DNA of 64,000 bases from Klebsormidium nitens (Eukaryota > Plantae > Klebsormidiophyceae), in assembly GCA_000708835.1 (NCBI GenBank), contig DF237296.1, forward strand, positions 25,778 to 89,777, in the 5' to 3' direction. The notes beneath the pieces are model-generated. The model did no database searches. It was not told the DNA's origin and worked only from the letters and a program-made list of their open reading frames with translations. Both the position numbers and the translations under genes were made by a program. Each line of letters begins with the position of its first letter. The first letter of the stretch is position 1. Shown one piece after another: positions 12,801 to 24,800 of this stretch.

Positions 12801-15800
12801 CGTTGGAAGCGATCCACTGAATCGGCAACCGCCTGATCGCATGAATGAGGTCCTTCCCCACCCAAATTTCATCTCGTTTGACGTCACCCCGTTTATTTTT
12901 CCCTGCCTTTGCTATCGTTCAAATGATGATACGACACCCAACCGCTGCAGCCGCCTGATTGACTCAGCGGTGCCCCCAATTGCTTTAGAACTTCTGCTGT
13001 TAGCCCATATCAATGATTGCCGTGATCTTTCCATTTTCTTACAGCCGAACTGGCGACGCGCGATCCGGCTGCCGCTGCAGCCCGCAGAAAGCGCCCCACC
13101 GAATCGGCGATGCCCGGAACCACTTTGGGGCCTATTCCCATTAATGCGTTTTCCGGAGGGGGCGAGCTTTTCGATACACCGGGCATTCACTTGCATCACC
13201 GCCTGGCGTCTCTGCTAACCCCAGAGGAGTTGGTTATGCTCACCCCGAGAAGGCGGTTAAGGCCCGTGGCCCCGACCATTGGTACCGTTGATCAAACAAC
13301 GGCCCAAGGTAAGAAAATGAAGATCTCTTTTTTCGGGTTGATTTTGGGTGCGTTCCTCGCTGCAAATCAAAAAGGCCAATCGATAAATCCGGGCTTAGAT
13401 GGGTACGTAAAGGTGAGAAGGAGTTGGTATGCTATCCCCGAAAAGGGGTTAAGGCGTGGCCTCAGCGGTTGCTACAAATGATTGAACATCGGCCTGAGGT
13501 TAAAAGAAATTGGGGAGTCAGACTTTACGTCCAAGTCGGCGACCATTGGGTCGAATCTCTGTCTTCACGGTCGCCCGACATATTGGCCACAAAATCAAAC
13601 TTGTAACGTCACTGGGACGACTCAGGTCTCTGCCTATATCCAGTGGAAGCTACTTGGCAAGACGACTTTTCGAGAGCTTTGTACTCCTAATTTTCGAATC
13701 TAGAAGCAGCTGGATTTGAAGCCGACAACTGTGCAATGGTGGCTACTAATGTGCGCTGAAAGTTCGTGTCTCAAATTCTGGTTCCCATAACCCTGTCATA
13801 CCCTCTCCGGAATATGGAATCTCTTGCTCTCTTTATCACAGAGAATGGAGCAGCCCCCCACACCGAGATGACTGCCCCCGATTCAGAAAACGGCGCTTCC
13901 GAATCAAACGGTTCTAACCTTACCCCCGGTGACTTTGTGGTCCTTCGACCGCATCCCTCTTGCCCCCCCCAAGCCATCTTCATCGCCCAAGTTTCCGCTT
14001 CGGGGGTGTCGGAAACAGCCGGATCCGAGGGGGGTGGAACGCTTCTCGCCCGCCCCTGGATGCCGAAACCCGTTCGAAGGGGGCCGAAAATGGATCTCTG
14101 GAACGATCCGTGGGGGCGGAAATGGGTGCCGTACGAAGGGGGGATGTTCGAACTGGCGCCCGATGACGTCATCGCCAGCTGGCAGTCACGTGCCAAGGCC
14201 CCAGAGGAGGGCGTCCCGGTCCCCCCGTTGGTGGCGGCGCGCGTGGACGAACTGATCCGGGGGGGTAACTTGCCTGCTCCGGCGTACCCCCCCTGGGTGG
14301 ACGAGAGCGGAGAGATCGTGAGCGCAAAGGAATGGGGGGGTAAAGTGGGTGTTCTTGCAGGGGAGGGGTCCGCAAATATGGGCGATATTGTCCTGTCCAG
14401 GGGGGCAGTTTCGAGTGCGGAGAAGGGGGGATCGTTGCAGTCGGAGGGGATTGAGGGGACGACGTTCTTCTGGGGGGGAGTCGCGCGGGTCGACGTGCTT
14501 CAGGTGATCCTTGCTGCGTTTCCTCCCTTTTCACCGTAAATTGTGTTGCAGATTTTGGCATGCAATTTTTTTCGCAGCTGGTGTCTTATCCGGCTTGCAA
14601 AAACCCGGGCTCAACCGGCGAACGGGATGGCTCGTAACCCGATTTTAAGGTCGCCGGTTTGCCGTGACGTATTTGGGTTTGCAGCAACTCAGAAAGGGCT
14701 CAATTTGTCCACGCTTGTTTTCTGTTTCGTTTTTGAGCCAGCCTTCGCCCTTCTTTTGCCGTATCAGGTGCTGGGTAAGGGCGACCGAGACAGCGGCATT
14801 GCTGCCTTGCAAACGCCGAAAAGGTTGCTCATCGACGCCCTTTTTCAACAGCTCTTTGACCGTTTCTTGTGCAGGCACCGCCCGGCTTGCGCTTGTTCTT
14901 CTACGGCCCCCACACAGTGACGGTGCATGCCGTCGACTCCCAAGAAGCAGATGCGTTTTACGAGGTACGTCAATTCAACCCTTTGGCTCCAGAGATCCAT
15001 TACGTTTTTGCTTTTTAAAAAGTTTTGCCAATCAGACTCTGTCAATCTCAAGAAAGAACCTGGTGTGGCGATTTCAGGTGGAAATTCTGATCCCGATTTT
15101 GACGTTCTCCACACCCGTGACCTTTCCTAAGTGGGAAACGTTAACCACGGTCTTTTCGGTGCGTCCGCATCCGCAACCCACGCTTTTAATCACCACTTAA
15201 CCCCAAACATCCCTGGCCTTGTTTTCCAAGTGTCGGTCCATCGAATTGTCACACTTCATTGTAAACGTGATGGGCTGGTCTTCTGCCAACTTCGTTTTTC
15301 CGGTCTCCTGGAGAAAATCGCTGGTAGCTTCAGTCAACCAACATCCCGAAGTTGCGAAAGCTCGTATGTGCAGAAAGTTATTTGTTTATGGCTCGTATGT
15401 TTCTGTACAGGCAAATCTTTTCGAAAAGTTGACGCCTCCTTACAAGGACCGGGGGGCAAACTGGGACGGGCTCCCCTACAAGAAGGAGTGCAACCTCTAC
15501 TCCGAGGATGACGTCAGGTGAGTGACGTCGGCGAGGAGTCCCGTGACTTCACCACACTGCGCCACTCGGCGGTTGCTGATTTCAGGACTCCTTGAACGGA
15601 CGGGTCGGGGAAGAGGCCGATCCGCCAGATCAGCGCTTGAGCCTTCAACCGTGGCTGAAAACTCCGGCGACCTTTGAGCGGGAGCGCCTGCCAGAGTTTG
15701 TCAGATAGTCGCTCATGAACAAATTTGTAAGCTGGTTGAAGGGTTGAAGTCTAAGTCGGATAGACTGCGAGTAAGCGGTTTCAGTAGCAAACAACTCTTC

Positions 15801-16945
15801 AGGATGCCCTTCAACCCAAGGTTGAAAGTTGTTACAGCGAAAACAATATCTTTGATAAGGGAACTCGACACATCAACCTTGTCGCAGAAGTGAGGTTAGA
15901 TAATTGACGTGGGGAAGTGAGCGGCAAGCAACTGAGGACGAAGAACATTCAGGCTCAGATACAAGAATTCTCTTAGGGGGACTTTCTGAAGCGGCAACAG
16001 AAATGAGAACAAGAGTCTTGCTAAGACGTGCTGGCCTGATTCTCGTCACATGCTGACGGGACCGCTGACGTCACTATGTCCGCATGCTGACGTGTCTCCT
16101 TCTGCAGGCCTGCTGGTGACGTCGTGGTATCGGGTTTGGGTTGGTTCGCGGTTGGGGGGGCGCCGGGCAAGCGGGGCCGCCGGGGGGGTTCGCAATCAAG
16201 CAGCCGGGGCGAGGTACGCATTCTTCGCTTGGTTCTGAGATGCTTTTTTCCGACTTCTGAGCTTTTTGAGTGCAAGCGTTCCATTCGTGCATCTGTCCAG
16301 GTTTAGAAAACGAAGCCATGTGGGCTTTGGTGTCCTAGGTGCTGAATTCCGACCGGAGGTAAAGCAAATTTCATCTCTGCAGGACTTTTCCCGAAGATTC
16401 TGAATTTTCAGCTCGGAACAGGAAGCTCCGCAAGTTCAAGGTGTTGTTGCATCATATCTTCGTGGTTTGATAGCTCCCCTGGTTTGTCCTTGTTCACTTA
16501 GAAGCAGAGTCGGTCAAATGCTTTCTGTGAAGTGCCCCACTGAGCCAAAGCGCCTCAATCTGCAGTTGCCCGTCCGTTCGCAGCGTTGGTTGAGATTCGA
16601 CCAGACCTCTAGCTCATTCCCTGTTTTTCATTTCAGCTTCGTCTTCGATTCGTCTTGGCTCCGTCAAAAACAATCTTACAGATACTCTGGTCCAAGCCAT
16701 CAGCAAAAGCAGAATGGGACTCGACCCTTTCTTGTCTTCTGTTCTGTCAGGTTCGCCTCTTGGTTCATACACCCCGTGGGGTCGAAGTCTACCTAAGGCC
16801 TTCCATGCCGGTCACGGAGACCGGAGCGGAGTGGGCCGATCGGCCGGACCTGGACGTCGAGCTCGAAAGGCCGCCCATTTATTACCCCAGGCACGAACCA
16901 GTATCCAGGACGCAAGGAGTGCCGTCGAGACAAAGTGCTTGGTAA
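6834..16945 (+). CDS. NOA1: NOA1/RIF1 (YqeH-type circularly permuted GTPase, organellar ribosome assembly), 10 exons, ~1350 aa, with a long N-terminal extension and an internal insertion
   Basis: Exons 6834-8951, 9750-9944, 11165-11350, 11957-12086, 13045-13308, 13842-14503, 14875-14964, 15411-15517, 16108-16213 and 16751-16945 are all GT-AG and phase-consistent. Motifs: Zn ribbon CYGCG...CGRC, AVGGNGG, G4 TKVD, G1 GAANVGKS, G2 PGTT, G3 DTPG, then TFFWGG, VSGLGW and VEVYLRP. An upstream acceptor at 6822 implies a 5'UTR intron. The terminal TGGTAAG could alternatively be a splice donor. Confidence 0.93.
9083..13560 (+). repeat. Degenerate tandem copies of NOA1 exon-intron junctions inside introns 1-5
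   Basis: 9083-9126 matches the exon 1 donor at 40/44. 12176-12236 matches the exon 4 donor at 59/61. Further copies lie at ~10128-10200, 10313-10360, 10663-10735, 10832-10905, 10990-11060, 11655-11710, 12328-12378, 12480-12533 and 13410-13460. Confidence 0.9.
9974..10068. repeat. ~47-bp tandem duplication in NOA1 intron 2
   Basis: ttaaactttt-agacaccttc(g/a)cggttgggg-(a/g)ttgcttagttttgaag occurs twice. Confidence 0.85.
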
Positions 16946-18872
16946 GGAGTTGATTGATGACCATATATTCTGGCGGTCATTGAGATCGGAGAGATTTGTT
17001 TCAATCGGCGAAACCTGGATGTTATGCTCGAGAGGCCGCCCATATATTACCCCAGGCATGAATCTGTGTCCACCCCCCATGGAGTGCCGTCGAAAGCCGG
17101 TGCTTGGTAAAAGACTGGATCGCTGACATCATGATTGAAAGTAGCAAAAGTCTAATTCGCGGATTCAATGATTCGCCACTTCCACAGTCAGTTCTTGCAA
17201 GAAGGTTTATGATAACCAGCCTGCATTTAAGAGTTAATGTCATGCGGTCATGGGTCGGTGCGATTTCATGTCGGTGCACAGTCGAAGTGCCTTGATTGAA
17301 CGGCGAAAGCGAAAAACATACGTGATTACATGTCACTCATACGGCATATCATATCATCTGTGATCCCAGACATTAACGTTGAAGCGCGTTCAACGGCTTA
17401 CGCACCTTGCATGGGAAGACCATCATTGTATCGGTACACTGATCAACTCACTACTGATCAACTCACTTAAGTTAGCTACGTGTGCTGATTCGACAATTTT
17501 TGATGGGATTTCATGGACCTTGAGAATAAGCCGCCGTTTAGAGGCACGAATCCTATATATATAAGCGTTGGTAGCCTAGGAGGGGCCGGTGTGGCCAGCT
17601 CGCTAGGGTTAGCCGTATGTTGCGCGGCTCTTCTTCAAGAACAAGCTATAGTATACGCGCATATCTTCTAGCGTTCCATCCAGCTACAGATGCATGCCGG
17701 CCAGGTGCTCATCTGCCGATTGGAGTCCAGTCTCAGCTTTTACTCAGTTCCTTCTTATAGGTGCCGTGACTCCATGATCCGAGTCTATCATCACGCGGTA
17801 TAGCTAGCTAGGCTAGGTTTGCGCATGTGCACTAATGTTTGATCCCTTAAGTTGCATTGCATTATCATGAATCCAATACTATGCACAGTGCGACGTAGAA
17901 TATGCTCCAAAGTGCCAGCCAGATAGTGCATGATGGAAACACAGTGGCTTTATAGAACAAGTAAAGTTCAATATGGACGAGTGACTGATTTTCGAAGCGA
18001 TCCGAAGAGTATGGTCGATCATGGCGGCATGAAGCATGCAGTCACAGTACAAACGCTAGGCTAGCATCATGACAATCACATCGGGTCGGTCAAGAGTCAA
18101 GACCTTGAGTCACCATGCGCGCTTCCGTATCGCGCGCAACCACGGTATATGATCTGGGACGACCGCTGCCAGGTATAGCATTGTACGTTCTGCAGAATTG
18201 CGCATCTAACATTGGCCGCCGGCGCGCCTATCTGCACGCGAGCTAATAGACTCATACTGGGCTCCAAGCGGCCTGCAGATTAGACCAGCGAATTGGGTAC
18301 AACACCCAGCCGCGCCATACCATACAAACGTTTTGGATGTTCGTAGTGGCAATCGCAAGCTGAGTCAATGCCATTAGTTAAAGAAAACTTTGGCCACCAT
18401 TCTATCTCAGTATGCCTACGTGAGAAACAACATTAAATGCTGAGGTCCTACTCGAGAAAGTTTGCTTAAGGTCTTACTATATTGTCTTCTATCGAAGTCT
18501 GCGGGACTCAAATACAAACCTCAAGTAGCTCTCTCATACTTTAAACCTGGTACAATTCCAACACATGCAAGCGCAAAATCCAAACAAGGACCCTGGGTGT
18601 TCACAATCTTTCTTTGTACACGCCTGTTCGACCTGGAATGATATCATCCTAGCTTTTAGTCAAACAAACACACCCCATAACAATCACTCTCGCTTCACAG
18701 GCTCAAAACCATCATCCTCGCCAGGCTTCTTACAATCGCTCCTACTGCAAACCGATCATCATCACAAATCTTCTGGCCAGACAATCAGCATGGTCTTGCA
18801 CAGCTCGCCTATTCTTAAACCCCACCATAAGCTACAGTCAACGTTCATAGAACGTCAGACTTCTCGTGCCTC

Positions 18873-21800
18873 CTAAACCTTCCCGTTGGCGTTGTTGCCT
18901 CTGGGCAGGAGCGACTCCACCGAGTTCGCATCCGTCCCGTTGCCATACTCCGGGAATTCAAAGTTCGCGGTTTGCCCGGTGAACTCCAGGAACCAGCCCA
19001 AGATCTGCGGCCCGGGGATCTTAATCACCATGTTCTTCCCGTCGTGGAAGCTGTAGGTTGAGTCGGTGGCGGACTTGCTGCTGGAAGACTTGGAATAACT
19101 GAAGCAGAAGCAGCCGCCCCCGGACGTGCTGCTGCTCTCCAGGAAGGAGTGCGCGTCCCCGTACGTCTTTGCGTCCATCTCGATCTTGATCGTCATGTCT
19201 TTGGCGACCACGATCGCGACGGGGTAGGCCGGGAACATGGCTTTCTGAAATGAATTAAGACAAGGAGGAAGTTTTTGAGTAGAGTGAATTAAAAGAAGGT
19301 CCCGAGTTATGTAAACTGCAAGTAAGTCGACTACAAGGTATGAATGGGGATTCAAAGACTGAGTCTCCGTTTCCCGTTTCTAGAACGAGAGGCGGCAATC
19401 ATCTACAAAAAGGGTGACTGAGAATGTTCGTCGTCAGGTGACAACCTGAAAGCTTATGTGCTGCACGGACCTCGTTGCTGTCTGTGCCGCTGATCTTATA
19501 GTCGTCTAAACAAGCGTGACGTCACTTTCACGTTTTAAAAGTTCGCCTTGGTGTCTTGCCAAATGAATGATGCAACGAAGCTGTCCAATCTCGTTGAGAC
19601 GGCGTACATAGCCACTCCAGCAGAGGACGATTCAAATCGACGTTGTCCGAACACTCAATCTGTAACACCGGCTAATTGACCTAGGGCACGAACACACGTA
19701 ACCTGAGCAGACAGCACGACGAATCGATCCTACTCGGTCAAGATATTATACCTGGGCCGCTTCGAGCTGCGTCGTGTACGCCTCTTTATTGGCGTTAAAG
19801 AGGGCAAGTGCGTCGTTGTACTCCTTCTCAGGGAGACTGGCAGAGGGGCGCGTGACGCGGGTCGTGGGACCCGAGGCCGTGACGCGCGTACGGCTGTTGC
19901 GCATACTCCAGACGTCAGCATTCTCCTTGAGCGCCTGCACGGGAAGAAATTAGTCTGCGTTATGATCCGAAAAGACCATAAGTCGCAGCTTCAAGTCCGG
20001 GGGAAGTATCGGTCAGCTTCGGGTAAGGTGGCCTCGCTTGCGGAGCGCGTGAATACAAGTGTCAGGGCTTTTCTTTCTTTTTGCCTGAAAAAGTGATAAT
20101 ACGACTCACGCAGCTTAAAGTACCAATGTACCTACAATCACAGGGTCGGTGAGTTTCCGACAGAAGTTCCTCAATTACAATCAAGCGATATACTTCGTTG
20201 CGACATAGCAGCTGACAGAATCGGACGTTCTTGTTCATGCAGACGTTTTCGGCGGAAGATCGGCGGAAGATGACAGGGTTTGCGATTTTCAGGGCTTAAA
20301 AAGGCCCTCCAAAAGGCTGCAAAGTGTTGGGAAGGTGCTTGAGCGATTCGCGGAGCAGTCATGTCGCTTGCCCTAAGGATCCTACCAGAAATAACAAATG
20401 CATGGAAGGCAGATTACGTCGAGAGTCTTCCCTGTGACGAAACCCCAAGCGAGTTGAACCAGGGAAGGACCACTACTCACGGAGGGGTTGAACCAGCCGC
20501 CCCGGTTGATGGTCACTTTGGTCGCTCGGAACCCGAGGTCGAACTTGGCACGCTCGGCCTTGAAATCCTTGGCAAAGTTGCTGCTGGCGCTGTCAGACGA
20601 GCCTCCCCCGCTGCCGAAGAAGAAGCTCGTGCTCCAGCTCGTGTGCGTTGCAGAGCTCGCTGTGAGAGTGCTGGTACTCTCCCGATCGCTCTGAAAAAAC
20701 ATCTTCACGTCCATGAAGCGGCTGACGGGGCCCTCCGGCTTGGACGGCGTCAGTTCGGCGGCGCTCTCTGGGCGGAGTATCTTGAAGACTGACGTCAGCT
20801 TCTTCGCGGCCTCCGCCTTCTCCGGCTCGGTTTTCAACGCGGTGTAGTCCGGGACATCTTCAGGAGTCAAACTCGGAACTCTATCTTTCATTGCGGGGTC
20901 GGTCTCGAGCGTCTTGTTCCGCTCGTTGTTCAGCGCAGTCTTAGCGGCCTCCAGCTCCGTCGTGGCCGCGGCCTTTGCCGCCTCGCTCGCTTTGGACACC
21001 TTGTCTGCAGCGGCGTCGTACTCTTGATGAGGGGCGCGAAATCCGCTGCGCGGCTGGCGTTGATCTGCGACCTAACGAAGGCAATCTGGCGGCTGTAAAC
21101 AGACAAGACACGTTCAAAATCAGTGTTGCAATCGGTTACATTGACGCGTTCTTGCAATTTGTTCCTTGCGTTCGAGCGGTCATGAAGTAGTATCGCAGTG
21201 CTGCTGACCACGAGCTGAAAGAGCAAATTAGCTAACACTCTTTCATGACGGACGCGTGTCAGACCGGACAAAGTTTTCTTCTTGTTAGAAACTTGGACCT
21301 GGAAATGAAACTGCAGCACTTGGTCTCGTCGAGCTGAACGAACTCATTCAGGACTGTTGTCGTTGACGAGAAGAAACATCACAAGATCATACCGAGGAAA
21401 ATCCTCTCGAGTATGATGAAAACCCGGCACTATAGTGCACGTTCGAAATCAGCAGGTGTGGTTGCTGTTGCTAATCCCTTTCACAAGAGAATAAGGCTGG
21501 ACGCAATCAGAAGCTCTGGAAACCTTTGCCATGCACGATTCTACAGATTCTGTTGCCAAGCTTTTTTGAAGGCAAACAAACAAACCGAAAATAAGCAAAC
21601 ATACCGTAAACTCTGCCTGGGCCTGCAAAAGGATCGCTTCAAGTTCTCTGGAGACGGATCGGAAGTGAATCGATGGAGCGGATATGTTGCTCTAGGGACA
21701 GATAAGCTCTCAGACGAGTCTTCTGAGGACTCAATTCGCTTACTTGAGCTGGCGAATCTTGTTCTGCAGATTGGTCTTAGACGCCTCGACATTCACAACC

Positions 21801-24800
21801 TCCCCTTCCGCCTCTTGAGCCATGGAGACCGCGAGGGCACGCTGGGCTGACGTGAACTCGGCCTGAAAAGTTCAAGGATTGAAGCAGCTTGAATTCATCG
21901 ACCGCGCAAGAGGTTATGGCTTTTAATACTGTGGAAAGAGCTGCAAACCAGTGCTTTAGAAGTCCCGTGAGCAGGTAAGTATTTCCAGGAGAAGCAACGC
22001 GCAAACAAGGGTCTTCGAAGAGCAACGAGGATTGTTTGTCCAACTTGAAATGGATCGCAAACGGGAACATCCTGTCGAACAGCAGAATCTGCAGGAAGTG
22101 GCATATTCGCATATTACGCCTATTTCACCTATTGCCTGTATCAGATCGCCCATTCCTCAAGTGTTACCGGTTTTTCCGTTGAGCTTGCTTACTATTCTCG
22201 TGGCCTGGATACTTAGCACACTGTTTCCTGGCACTGCAAGGTGTAAGTGCATGCAAAGAAAAAAGTCAAACATGCCACTGGCATGTCTAACTTTTTCTGA
22301 GGCCATGCCAACTATGAAGGGACTCCGTGGCTTGCCTGCGCCTGTATCGTTTGGTTATGCAGTCCCTCCAACTGTTTGAAGTCGTCGTCACTCAGAAGGG
22401 GCTTCTTCGCACCCCCCAGCTCCTTGTTGATTGCGTCTTTGTTTAGCGGACCCTTTGAGTTCTCAGCCTGCTCTTCATCACCATCTGGACGATGGCGATT
22501 GTAGCGCTGCCGTACTGCTTGATCAGGCCGGCCTGAGCGTTGTCAGCTCTCGGGCGCGCTTTCTCGAGCTGTCAAACACGGGAAAGCGAAAAGGTTGGAC
22601 AGTGAAGCAAAACCGCGGGCTGAGAGTAGTGAGTGTCAGTATTTGATGCGGTTCTTGCTGTCGAACTTCAGAGCTCGGAACATAATCAGGATCAGAGCAC
22701 GCAAAGGTCAAAGGAAACACAAGGCGGAAGTTGTCAAGTGAGCGCCATGAGGGTTCCCTTGCAGAACGGGTGATACTGCAATCAGCACACAGATCTGCTT
22801 GAAGATTGATTGTTTAAAAGGAGATTTAAGCAAACTGCACAACGGCTGGTGGTTACTAGCAGGGCCTAAGCGGGCTTCCACAACCGCACACTGCTGTGCG
22901 TGTTTTTTCGCGAGTCACTCTTATCAGCGCGTATAACGTCTACCTTGTTTCAATTGTTTTAAGATAGCCGCTGCTTCATGTTCGCGTCTGTAGCTGCTTC
23001 TGGGAGGCAAGAGTAGCTTTGGCGATCTCACCTCCTCTTTCAGGGTTTTCAGATCCGGTTTGGCAGTCAGCTCAAACATTGCGAGCGCGTTGGTCGCGTC
23101 ATCCAAGTCTGGCTCCAGCCCGCTCAGTTTCATTCCGAGCGCCTCAGGCTGAGCGAGCAGGTCCTCCGGCTGGAAATTGCTGTCCAGCGAAACGGCCCAA
23201 TCCACCGGCGAGAAAGTGACCGGGTAGATGACGCTGCTCTCGTCGAGAGAGCTGAGGGAGCTCTGCCGCATGTTCTGCTTGGTCCGCTCCAGCAGCTCCC
23301 CTGAGCTCTCGACGTCCAGGTAGGAGAAGCCGGTCATGATCTGGAAGGGCGTGGCATAATGGGTCAATGCTTTCCACCGGAAGCGGGAACTTCCATTCAA
23401 GGGTCAGGAACAGACACTGGGTGTAATATCAAACTAGAGCCACCAGATTATACCAGGAGTGTTCTGGATGGTGGTGCGCGAGCGTGAAGACAACGAAGCA
23501 AGGCGTCAGAATGTGCGTATTGATTCCTAGATTTCAGCGTATGCTAAAGAAAGTAAAATTTCCTTGATCAATATCCTTGCGGCCAAACTGGACAAAGCAT
23601 CCTCTCCGGTCACCACTCAGCTTATAGCTTGACTCAAGTTCGATGGCAGAGTGCCGTATCTCCAGTCTCGGAGTCGTATGCAGAACAGCTTGAAATCTGA
23701 AAATTCTCTAAACTTGAGAATCTCGATTACATACCCGGCAAGGGAAAGTCTTCGACGACTTCAAGCTTCCGTTCTGTCAAGCAAATCTTTGCTTGCCAGA
23801 TAAATTGGGAATCCTAAAGTACATTATGCTCAGGCTGGTTTCTCAACGGATGCCCTAACTCTGTCAGACAAGCAGCTTAAAAGCAATGTTTGCATCGGAT
23901 GCTTGAGCATCATCCAGGCCGCTGTCAAGTTCAAAGATACAATAACTTCTTTCGTAACTTCTTTCTATGACAGGAACACACCCCTGAAGAATGCAAATAT
24001 GCTTTGCACACATTGCAGGTTAAATTGACCTCTTGGTCTGCTATTACCGTGGAGAGCAAGCTTACCTCATGCATCAGGCCCTGTGCCACAAGGTCCTGAT
24101 ACCTGGCCTGGATCTTGGCGTCACGCACTGGCGCAGTCTCTGAAACCCAATTGGCCCAGGCGTCCAGCGCGCGCTGACGAGTCCAACCTTCCTTGGCCAA
24201 GAACTCATCCCTCTTCTCGTTCTTCTCCTCCTGCCAACGTAGCTTCTCGGTAAGGTACCTACACAGTGAAAGGCCTATGTAAGCAAGTATCTCGCAAAGG
24301 GGATTGAAAGCTTCTAATCACACCTCGGCAAGTTTTATCATCAGATAGTAGGACCAATGTTCCGATCTGCAGAACGCACAAAGCTTGAGCAAATGTGGAT
24401 TAGCCATAATCAACGAGATGACTCTGTCAATCCTCGTTCATTTCTGCCACGTCGGCTACAGCCTGTTGGATGGCAGATCTAGATGTCGCTACCTGTCAAA
24501 GCAACTCAGCGCTCGAGAACCTCTCTGTACTACGACTGCGTGCAAAACCCTGGCTCGAGGAAACCCAACTATATTCAGGGGGGATCCGAAGGCCAGTCAG
24601 AATCTCAAACTCCTTCTTGAATGGATTGATGGATCAGTCATCGTTTCAAGGGGTGCAGAAAGTACTAGCGACAGCAAGATGCTTCAGTGACAGTTGACGG
24701 GGACACTTTGAGCTGTTCAGATCAAAATGGACAGCCGGAACATTCACGCAGCTTTTAAGAAGTCAGGTACTGAGTCAGGTAACGCGACATCAGATGTTTG

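Noticed and set aside
17500-18500. CATG/TGCA/CTAG-rich intergenic DNA (also 27900-29500)
   Set aside because: No ORF, TIR, LTR or RNA-gene structure could be supported. Possibly decayed repeats, but nothing specific to report.
22472-22485. 14-nt GT...AG micro-intron that would fix the exon 7 frameshift
   Set aside because: Far below the workable spliceosomal intron size. A 1-bp indel is more parsimonious.
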